From Flavobacteriaceae bacterium (GTDB lineage Bacteria > Bacteroidota > Bacteroidia > Flavobacteriales > Flavobacteriaceae): a stretch of DNA of 44,737 nt. Within the stretch, counting starts at the first letter, position 1; the number at the start of each line of letters is the position of its first letter. The stretch spans positions 1 to 44,737 of the forward strand of contig JBFYPZ010000001.1 of NCBI GenBank assembly GCA_041303035.1, in the 5' to 3' direction. The translations under genes were made by a program, and so were the position numbers. Positions 37,384 to 44,737 of this stretch are shown here, in pieces. Below the pieces are notes generated by a model. That model did no database searches. It had not been told where the DNA came from and was given only the letters and a program-made list of their open reading frames with translations.

Positions 37384-39508
37384 ATTTTAGGTTCAAGGTT
37401 AATTGTATCCTTTTTCTGGCCAGATCAACCTCCAATACCTTGACCACTACCTGTTGATTTACATGTACGATCTGGTGTGGATCGCTCACATACCGGTCGG
37501 CCAGATTCGAAATATGCACCAAACCGCTTTCCTTGATTCCGAGATCCACAAAACAACCAAAATTGGTTATGTTGTTCACTATCCCCGGCAAAAGCTGTCC
37601 GATCCTGAGGTCCTCAATTTTTTTGATATCTTCGTTAAAGCTAAAGACACGGGCTTTGTCCCGGGGGTCCAAACCCGGCCTTTCCAGTTCTTTCAAAACA
37701 TCTTTTACTGTTTCAGTCCCATACGTGGAATTGGAGTATTTTGTTGGATCCAGCGTTTTCAGGAGGGCTGCATTGCCGATCAATTGATCAACTTTTAAAG
37801 AATGCTCTCTGGCAATTTTATTTACCAGTGTATAGCTTTCGGGGTGAACGGCAGAATCATCCAGTGGATTGCCCCCATTTTTTACACGCAGGAATCCGGC
37901 ACTTTGTTCAAAGGCCTTTTCCCCAAGCCGGGGAACCTTCTTAATAGCTTCTCTGGACTGAAAGGGCCCGTTTTCATTTCTGAAATTTACCAGGTTTTCT
38001 GCCAGTTTCGGACCTATTCCCGATACATAAGCCAGCAAAGCCTTACTTGCAGTATTGATATTCACACCTATGCTGTTCACGCAATTCTCTACTACTGTAT
38101 CGAGTGCATTTTTCAGTTTTTGCTGATCCACATCATGCTGGTATTGTCCGACACCGATCGATTTAGAATCTATTTTCACAAGTTCCGCCAGGGGATCTGC
38201 CAATCTGCGGCCAATTGAAACTGCGCCCCTTACGGTGATATCGTAATCGGGAAATTCTTCCCTGGCTATTTTGGATGCAGAATATACTGAAGCACCCGCC
38301 TCATTGACCACAAAAACTTCCAGGTCTTTGTGAAACCGTATATTTTTTATGAACTGCTCGGTCTCCCTTGAAGCGGTGCCGTTCCCGATAGCGATGGCTT
38401 CAATTTTGTAGGCGTCCACAAGAGAATTGATCTTTTTGGATGCAGTGACCTTATCATTTTGAGGCGGGTGTGGGAAGATGGTCTCATTGTGAACCAGATC
38501 GCCCTGGCGGTTTAGGCATACTACCTTGCAACCCGTTTTGAATCCCGGGTCTATGCCCAGAATATTTTTTTCCCCCAAAGGGGCATCAAGTAACAACTGA
38601 CGAAGATTTTTGGAGAAAACCTCAATGGCAGTGTCATCAGCCTTTTCTTTTGCAGTTTGAAGAATTTCATTGGAAATGGCCGGAAATAACAAACGCTTGT
38701 AAGAATCTTTGATGGCCAGTGATATTTGCCCGCTGCAGACATTGTTACTTTTTATGATTCTTTCCTCTATTTTTTCAATGACCTCCTCATCGTCAAGTTC
38801 CAGTTTCAACCGAATAAAACCTTCTTTTTCCGCCCTAAGCATGGCCAGCAAACGGTGCGAAGGACAGCGCTGTACGGCTTCTGAGAACTCAAAATAGTCC
38901 TTGTAGGTCTGCGCTTTTTCTTCCATTTTTTTTGCTGGAATTGCTTTGGCAGTGATCAGTCCCTGTTTGCCCAAATGCCAGCGCAGGAGATTTCTGATAT
39001 CGGGCCGCTCATTGATCCATTCAGCAATGATATGTCCGGCTCCCTCCAATGCTTCTTCCGCACTCAGGACATTTTTATTCTTGTATTTACCGGCAATAAA
39101 TTGCAGATCCTCAGCATGTTGTGCCATGATGATCTTGGCCAGGGCTTCCAGCCCATTTTGCCTGGCAAGCTCCGCCTTGGTGTTTTTTTTCTTTTTGAAG
39201 GGCAGGTAGAGATCCTCCAGGGATTGCAAGTTTTCCGCTTCCTCTATTTTTTTTGACAATTCTTCCGTAAGGGCGTCCTGCTCCTGTATGGCTTTGAGTA
39301 CGGTGCTTTTTCTTTTTTCCAGTTCTTCAAAAACGGCTTTCCATTTCACAATATCGCCTACCTGTACCTCATCCAGGCTGCCTGTTGCGTCTTTACGGTA
39401 TCGGGCAATAAATGGGATCGTGCAATCATCATCGAGCAGGGCGATGGTACTCTTGATACCCTTTTCAGGAAGACCGGTTGTTTTTTTAATAAAGGAATAC
39501 AGATCCAT
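37382..39508 (-). CDS. tex: Tex-family RNA-binding transcriptional accessory protein
   Basis: TIPFIARYRK, GIDPGFKTGCK, IGNGTASRET, IGVGQYQHDV, HhH and C-terminal S1 domain. Confidence 0.93.
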   Translation of the reverse strand: MDLYSFIKKTTGLPEKGIKSTIALLDDDCTIPFIARYRKDATGSLDEVQVGDIVKWKAVFEELEKRKSTVLKAIQEQDALTEELSKKIEEAENLQSLEDLYLPFKKKKNTKAELARQNGLEALAKIIMAQHAEDLQFIAGKYKNKNVLSAEEALEGAGHIIAEWINERPDIRNLLRWHLGKQGLITAKAIPAKKMEEKAQTYKDYFEFSEAVQRCPSHRLLAMLRAEKEGFIRLKLELDDEEVIEKIEERIIKSNNVCSGQISLAIKDSYKRLLFPAISNEILQTAKEKADDTAIEVFSKNLRQLLLDAPLGEKNILGIDPGFKTGCKVVCLNRQGDLVHNETIFPHPPQNDKVTASKKINSLVDAYKIEAIAIGNGTASRETEQFIKNIRFHKDLEVFVVNEAGASVYSASKIAREEFPDYDITVRGAVSIGRRLADPLAELVKIDSKSIGVGQYQHDVDQQKLKNALDTVVENCVNSIGVNINTASKALLAYVSGIGPKLAENLVNFRNENGPFQSREAIKKVPRLGEKAFEQSAGFLRVKNGGNPLDDSAVHPESYTLVNKIAREHSLKVDQLIGNAALLKTLDPTKYSNSTYGTETVKDVLKELERPGLDPRDKARVFSFNEDIKKIEDLRIGQLLPGIVNNITNFGCFVDLGIKESGLVHISNLADRYVSDPHQIVHVNQQVVVKVLEVDLARKRIQLTLNLK

Positions 39509-39516
39509 GAAGTCGC

Positions 39517-41571
39517 CTAGCTAATTTGTTCCCCGTTTTTCACTTTGTCTTTTCCCGGTTCTATGAAGGCGAGTTTGCCGGCTGTATCTTCTGTCGTCAG
39601 AATCATACCATGGCTTTCAATGCCTTTGATCACCCTCGGAGCCAGGTTGGCTACCAGGGTAATTTTCCGTCCTATGACCTCCTCAGGTTCAAAACTTTCG
39701 GCAATACCGCTCACGACGGTTCTGGTTTCAAAACCGATGTCAACGGACAACTTCATCAGTTTTTTCGTTTTGGGGACTTTTTCAGCATGTAGTATGGTTC
39801 CAATTCGCAGGTCGAGTTTGGCAAAATCTTCAAAAGGAATGGTGTCTTTTTGAGGTTCAATTTTTTCGTTGTCAACGGCATTGGCCTGCTTGGTTTGTTC
39901 AAGTCTTTCAAGTTGAAGAGCAATCTGTTCATCCTCTATCTTTTCAAAAAGCAAGGCTGCATTTTCAATGACATGACCTGGTTCGAGCAGGACCTTTTCT
40001 CCCACATCCCGCCAGCTCAGCCCGGAGGGCAGATTCAGCATGACCTTCAGTTTTTCAGAAGTAAAAGGCAGGAAAGGCTCTGAAAGAACTGCCAGTGAGG
40101 CAGCGATCTGAAGCGCTACATACATCACAGTTTGTACCCTTTCAGGATCTTCTTTGATAGTCTTCCAGGGTTCTTCGTCGGCCAGGTATTTATTTCCGAG
40201 ACGAGCGAGGTTCATCAATTCCTGTGAGGCTTCCCTGAAGCGGTATTTTTCAATGGAATTTGAAATGGTTTGCGGAAAGGCACGAAGCGCATGCAGGGCC
40301 TCCTCATCCACAGGTTTTAAGCTTTGTGGTTGCGGAACTTTTCCCTCATAATATTTTTTTGTGAGTACCATGACCCGGTTGATAAAGTTACCGAAAATGG
40401 CCACCAGTTCATTGTTGTTCCTCGCTTGAAAATCTTTCCAGGTAAAATCGTTGTCTTTGGTTTCAGGTGCATTTGCCGTCAGCGTGTAGCGCAATACGTC
40501 CTGCTGACCGGGAAAATCATTCAGATATTCATGTAACCAGACCGCCCAGTTTTTAGAGGTAGAAATTTTATCGCCTTCCAAATTCAAAAACTCATTGGCA
40601 GGCACATTTTCCGGAAGAATAAAATCTCCATGTGCTTTCAGCATGGCCGGAAAAATGATGCAATGAAAAACAATATTGTCTTTTCCAATAAAATGGATCA
40701 GTTTGGTGCCTTTATCTTTCCAGTAAGGTTCCCAGTTCTTACCTGTTTGTTCAGCCCACTCTTTGGTTGAGCTGATATAACCGATCGGGGCATCGAACCA
40801 TACATACAAAACCTTGCCTTCTGCTCCGGCAACAGGTACGGGAATTCCCCAGTCCAGATCGCGGGTTACGGCACGGGGTTTCAGTCCGTCATCGATCCAG
40901 GATTTTACCTGCCCGAGCACATTGGTCTTCCAGTCGTGCCTGTGGCCTTCCAGGATCCATTCTTTAAGCCACTTTTCATAAACATTCAAAGGCAGGTACC
41001 AGTGTTTTGTTTCCTTCAGACTCGGGATGTTGCCTGTGATGGCTGATTTGGGACTGATCAGGTCAGTGGCATTGTGGCTGGTTCCGCATTTTTCACACTG
41101 GTCTCCATAACTGTCAGGATTACCACACTTTGGGCAGGTACCAATCACGAACCTGTCGGCCAGAAATTGTTTCGCTTCCTCATCGTAAAGTTGCAGTGAA
41201 GTCTCTTCGATAAATTTACCGTTTTCGTAAAGATTTTTAAAAAAAGCTGAGGCAGTTTCATGGTGGATTTTCGCAGAAGTGCGTGAATAGTTATCGAAAC
41301 TAATCCCAAAATCCGCAAAAGACTTCTTGATGATGGCGTGGTATTTATCTACCACTTGTTGCGGGGTAATGCCCTCTTTCTTCGCTTTTAAAGTGATCGG
41401 CACCCCATGCTCATCCGATCCGCAGATAAAAGCCACCTCTTTTTGGTTAAGTCTTAAATATCGCGCATAAATATCTGCCGGCACATATACCCCTGCCAGA
41501 TGTCCTATGTGTACTGGGCCATTGGTATAGGGTAGGGCTGCGGTGATGGTATATCTTTCTGGATTTTGCAT
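39517..41571 (-). CDS. metG: Methionine--tRNA ligase
   Basis: ALPY.NG..HIGH, zinc knuckle, [16 protein letters not shown]-terminal tRNA-binding domain. Promoter TACTTTTG at 41590-41597 favours the ATG at 41571. Confidence 0.96.
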   Translation of the reverse strand: MQNPERYTITAALPYTNGPVHIGHLAGVYVPADIYARYLRLNQKEVAFICGSDEHGVPITLKAKKEGITPQQVVDKYHAIIKKSFADFGISFDNYSRTSAKIHHETASAFFKNLYENGKFIEETSLQLYDEEAKQFLADRFVIGTCPKCGNPDSYGDQCEKCGTSHNATDLISPKSAITGNIPSLKETKHWYLPLNVYEKWLKEWILEGHRHDWKTNVLGQVKSWIDDGLKPRAVTRDLDWGIPVPVAGAEGKVLYVWFDAPIGYISSTKEWAEQTGKNWEPYWKDKGTKLIHFIGKDNIVFHCIIFPAMLKAHGDFILPENVPANEFLNLEGDKISTSKNWAVWLHEYLNDFPGQQDVLRYTLTANAPETKDNDFTWKDFQARNNNELVAIFGNFINRVMVLTKKYYEGKVPQPQSLKPVDEEALHALRAFPQTISNSIEKYRFREASQELMNLARLGNKYLADEEPWKTIKEDPERVQTVMYVALQIAASLAVLSEPFLPFTSEKLKVMLNLPSGLSWRDVGEKVLLEPGHVIENAALLFEKIEDEQIALQLERLEQTKQANAVDNEKIEPQKDTIPFEDFAKLDLRIGTILHAEKVPKTKKLMKLSVDIGFETRTVVSGIAESFEPEEVIGRKITLVANLAPRVIKGIESHGMILTTEDTAGKLAFIEPGKDKVKNGEQIS

Positions 41572-41666
41572 GTATTTGAATTGAGACCCCAAAAGTATGA
41601 AAAACCGAAGACAATGTATTTGCTTGTAATTGGTAAAAATGATTACTTTTAGCCAAAATTTTTGTC

Positions 41667-42692
41667 ATGTCATCAATAATTAAGTTTGGTTTTTTAGGGA
41701 TTTTCTTATTTATAACCTCTGTTACAAGTAATGCCCAGGACAATTCGGGTTATGCTACATCAATAACACGCGATTTGATCCGGCCTCCGCATTTAAAGAA
41801 AGGTGATACCATCATGATCGTATCTCCGGCAGGAAAGATCAATGACAGGAGCAGGGTAGACGCAGGGATTGAGTTGGCAAACCACTGGGGGCTCATCGTC
41901 TTTTTTGGCGATCATTTGTTATCGGAAAGCAACACCTTTGCAGGTACCGATGCCGAAAGACTGCAAGACCTTCAGGAAGCTCTGGACAATCCGAGTATAA
42001 AAGCGATCTGGTGTTCCAGAGGCGGTTATGGGCTTGTCAGAATTGTTGACAAACTGGATTTCACAAAATTTATGGAAAGACCAAAATGGATAATCGGGTA
42101 CAGCGATGTTACCGTTCTGCATAACAAATTGCACAGTTTGGGGGTAGAATCTGTACATGCTCAGATGCCGCTTACATTAAAACTGCAGGATCCGGTTCAG
42201 AAAGAATCCATTGTTACCCTGCGGGAAGCTCTTTTTGGAAAAGAACTTTCTTATAAATTTGATTCCTCTGAATTTAATCGCAACGGAAAGGCTACCGGAC
42301 AGCTGGTTGGGGGTAATTTATCCATTGTTTACAGCATGCTCGGCTCAGAGACCGATCTGAAGATGGACGGGAAGATCTTGTTCATAGAAGATGTCAATGA
42401 GGCTTTGTACCATATTGACCGGATGCTGATCAGTTTAAAAAGAGCCGGGTATTTTGAAGATTGCGCCGGACTTGTTGTTGGTGATTTCAGGTTAAAGAAG
42501 AACGAAGAAAACGGTTCAGGTGAGTTTGGTGAAACGGTTGAAGATATAGTACTCAGAGTTACTGAAGGCACCGATTTCCCTGTTATTTTTAATTTTCCAG
42601 CCGGACATATCGATGACAACCGCGCTTTGATCATGGGTAGTTTTGTGGAGATGGAAGTAAAAGACAAAAAATCAAAGGTCACATTCAAATAG
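41667..42692 (+). CDS. LD-carboxypeptidase (peptidase S66) with signal peptide
   Basis: SRGGYG, GYSDVT, GGNLS, FIEDV.E, PAGH. Confidence 0.9.
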   Translation: MSSIIKFGFLGIFLFITSVTSNAQDNSGYATSITRDLIRPPHLKKGDTIMIVSPAGKINDRSRVDAGIELANHWGLIVFFGDHLLSESNTFAGTDAERLQDLQEALDNPSIKAIWCSRGGYGLVRIVDKLDFTKFMERPKWIIGYSDVTVLHNKLHSLGVESVHAQMPLTLKLQDPVQKESIVTLREALFGKELSYKFDSSEFNRNGKATGQLVGGNLSIVYSMLGSETDLKMDGKILFIEDVNEALYHIDRMLISLKRAGYFEDCAGLVVGDFRLKKNEENGSGEFGETVEDIVLRVTEGTDFPVIFNFPAGHIDDNRALIMGSFVEMEVKDKKSKVTFK

Positions 42693-42702
42693 GAAGTAAT
42701 TT

Positions 42703-43062
42703 ATGGCTGAGCACAATGATCTGGGCAAACAAGGCGAGGAGCTAGCTATTGATCATTTATTGAATTCAGGCTTCCGGATTATTGAAAGAAATTACCGGTT
42801 CAGAAAAGCGGAGATCGATATTATTGCACAGAAAGAAGACTTACTGATTGCCGTTGAAGTAAAAACCAGATCTACCGCTTTTTTCGGAGACCCTTATGAA
42901 TTCATCAAACCGGCCCAGAAAAAACTCATCAACCATGCCATTGATGATTATGTGGTGAGGAGGGATTTAGATGTTCAGGTGCGTTTTGATGTGATCAGCA
43001 TCGTTATAGAAAACCATAAGATCAGCCTCGAACATTTGGAAGACGCCTTTTTTCACTTTTAG
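42703..43062 (+). CDS. yraN: YraN (UPF0102) family protein
   Basis: G..GE..A, EIDIIA, VEVKTR, RFDV. Confidence 0.9.
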   Translation: MAEHNDLGKQGEELAIDHLLNSGFRIIERNYRFRKAEIDIIAQKEDLLIAVEVKTRSTAFFGDPYEFIKPAQKKLINHAIDDYVVRRDLDVQVRFDVISIVIENHKISLEHLEDAFFHF

Positions 43063-43064
43063 GA

Positions 43065-44411
43065 TCATTCCACGAACATAGACTTGAGCTCTTCGACGTC
43101 TTCGGGTTTTGCAATAATTTTTTTATCGGTATCCAAAACAAAATAGCCCGGTATTTCTGTGACTCCGTAGTCACGTGCTTTTTTGCTCTCCCAGCTCTCT
43201 TTTTCCAGAACCAGTATAAAATCAGTAAATGGAGCAGTCAGGTTTTTGTAAGAATCAAGCGATTTTTCGTCTTCAAGACCAATTGCCACAACTTTTACAT
43301 TTCCTATTTCTTTTATAAAATCGTGAAAAACAGGCATTTCTTTCTGGCAATGAGAACAGGTAGAACTAAAAAATGCTACGATGTAATAATCCGACCCACT
43401 TAATTTATAGAGGCTTTGATCCATGCCGTTCTCTTCCCAGTTCAGATCTGGCGCCTGAGAGCCGATTGTTGTTTTCAGTGAATAGCTGGTTTTACCCAAA
43501 AAGGCATTATCCCGGTTTTCTTTGGGCAAGGTTTTGTATTGCTCGAGCACAAATTTTACCATTTCCACATTTTCCTCATCCAGGTAGGCTTTTATCAGGG
43601 ATCTGTAAAACTTTTCTTCCAGAATACGATCTTCGGCAAGTTTGGCCTTTACATCCAGAATGGCTTTCTTTTGCAGTTCATCCGATGTTTTTTTGTTTTC
43701 TGCCTGGTTCAGGTGGAACACATAGTCATTCATTTTATCGGACAAGAAAGATGAATTTTTAAGTGCAGGGTCTGAAAAATCTATCTTGTCAAAATAATGC
43801 ATCCTTCCTGCATTCAGGTAATCGGCCGGCTTTTTAAATGGTGTTTCTGCATTGTACTGCGCACTTGCCTTAATAAAATGATTGACGAGGGTATTTTCTG
43901 ATCTTTTTTCGAAAGCACCTTGGGTTTTTTTCAATTCCTCAAGTTTTGTCTGGTAGTCTTTAATCAGTTTTTTATCGGTTTTTGCATCGGCTGATTCAAA
44001 ATATAAAACCTGCAGAGTATCTACTGCGCGCTGTTTTTGAAAGATCGTTTCGTAATATTCAAGGTAAAGCTTGTTTTCTTCCGAATTGGTAAAACGTACA
44101 CTTTCAAATGGTTGTTTCGGATCGAAGGTAAAATGAACTGCTTCCTGATTGTACAGGAATTCGACGAACATTTTATTTTCTATTTGGTAGTAGGCACGAT
44201 AAACTCCGGCAGTTTGTTCTTTCGGCAGCGCAAAAGAAAAATTGCCGTTGATGACTTCTGCATTATTCACGTACACTTCCTCTCCGTTTTCCATTTTGTA
44301 AAGCAGGATCCAGGAAATATTTTCCGGCGGGTCTATTTTTCCGGTTACACCGTTTTGACCTGATAATGAAAAGGAGCATAAAATAAGAAGACCGGATAAA
44401 ATTCTGAACAT
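43065..44411 (-). CDS. Secreted thioredoxin-fold (TlpA/ResA-like) redoxin
   Basis: Signal peptide. C-terminal IG..APD, FFSSTCSHC, YGV..IP..FVLD....II.KP. Confidence 0.8.
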   Translation of the reverse strand: MFRILSGLLILCSFSLSGQNGVTGKIDPPENISWILLYKMENGEEVYVNNAEVINGNFSFALPKEQTAGVYRAYYQIENKMFVEFLYNQEAVHFTFDPKQPFESVRFTNSEENKLYLEYYETIFQKQRAVDTLQVLYFESADAKTDKKLIKDYQTKLEELKKTQGAFEKRSENTLVNHFIKASAQYNAETPFKKPADYLNAGRMHYFDKIDFSDPALKNSSFLSDKMNDYVFHLNQAENKKTSDELQKKAILDVKAKLAEDRILEEKFYRSLIKAYLDEENVEMVKFVLEQYKTLPKENRDNAFLGKTSYSLKTTIGSQAPDLNWEENGMDQSLYKLSGSDYYIVAFFSSTCSHCQKEMPVFHDFIKEIGNVKVVAIGLEDEKSLDSYKNLTAPFTDFILVLEKESWESKKARDYGVTEIPGYFVLDTDKKIIAKPEDVEELKSMFVE

Positions 44412-44452
44412 TTCTTTTTTTGTTCAAAAATAGTATAAATCCCAAACAAGTT

Positions 44453-44737
44453 AAAAGGAAAAAGGATAAAGGACAAAGTTTTGAGATATGAGTATTGAGA
44501 TATGAGATATGAGAAGGAAACAGGAGACTGGAATCAAGACAGATGTTAAAAGTCAAAAGTCAAAAGTACTCGAAGGGATTTACATTCGTAGCCCCGCGAT
44601 GCCTCGCGGGGTGAAAGATTCAATTTTTTTGTTCTTAATCCCTGAACGGAAATCATAGAAAATCAGCTGCCCTTTAAGAACCAGGAGACAGGAGACAGGA
44701 ATCAAGACAGATGTCAAAAGTCAAAAGTCAAAAGTCA
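44453..44737 (+). repeat. Heptanucleotide tandem-repeat tract with a 47-bp direct duplication
   Basis: Runs of AAAAGGA, TGAGATA, CAGGAGA and AAAAGTC. 44521-44567 matches 44689-44735 at 45 of 47 positions. Runs off the window end. Confidence 0.85.
44570..44657 (+). repeat. Degenerate third copy of the three-hairpin REP-like element
   Basis: GAAGGGATTTACATTCGTAG-CCCCGCGA-TGCC-TCGCGGGG resembles GGAGGGATTTAATATAAATAG-CCCCGC..GCGG of copy 1. Outer hairpins are decayed. Confidence 0.55.

Noticed and set aside
37403-40536. Numerous plus-strand ORFs opposite tex and metG
   Set aside because: Shadow ORFs of long, well-conserved genes. The same applies to the other antisense ORFs in the track.
44453-44737. 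Possible CRISPR array
   Set aside because: Repeats are 7-mers and one two-copy block, with no regular unique spacers and no cas genes in the window.

Overview
A 44.7-kb chromosomal window from a Bacteroidota bacterium. Gene content and TAnnTTTG promoter boxes point to Flavobacteriaceae. It is mostly housekeeping genes: SQR, a TonB-dependent receptor, the pheA-aminotransferase-tyrA-DAHP/chorismate mutase operon, upp, trmB, tdk, alr, mscL, photolyase, ssb, tex and metG. A small accessory patch holds a solo HUH/Y1 transposase and a subclass-A2 class A beta-lactamase. The most notable signals are non-coding or below the ORF-track size cutoff: (1) a 19-codon Phe/Tyr-alternating leader peptide (MNILNNYFTRFYFYFYFKK) with a complete 1:2 / 2:3 / 3:4 attenuator upstream of the aromatic amino-acid operon; (2) a TPP-class riboswitch whose pyrophosphate-binding internal loop appears closed by base pairing; (3) an 89-nt three-hairpin REP-like element showing covariation, present as two inverted copies upstream of the transposase plus a degenerate third copy inside heptamer repeats at the window end; (4) a 172-bp MITE with perfect 18-bp terminal inverted repeats and a 5-bp target duplication; (5) a phased repeat plus palindrome upstream of a tail-less ssb. 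All product calls come from motif recognition by eye; no database searches or folding programs were run.
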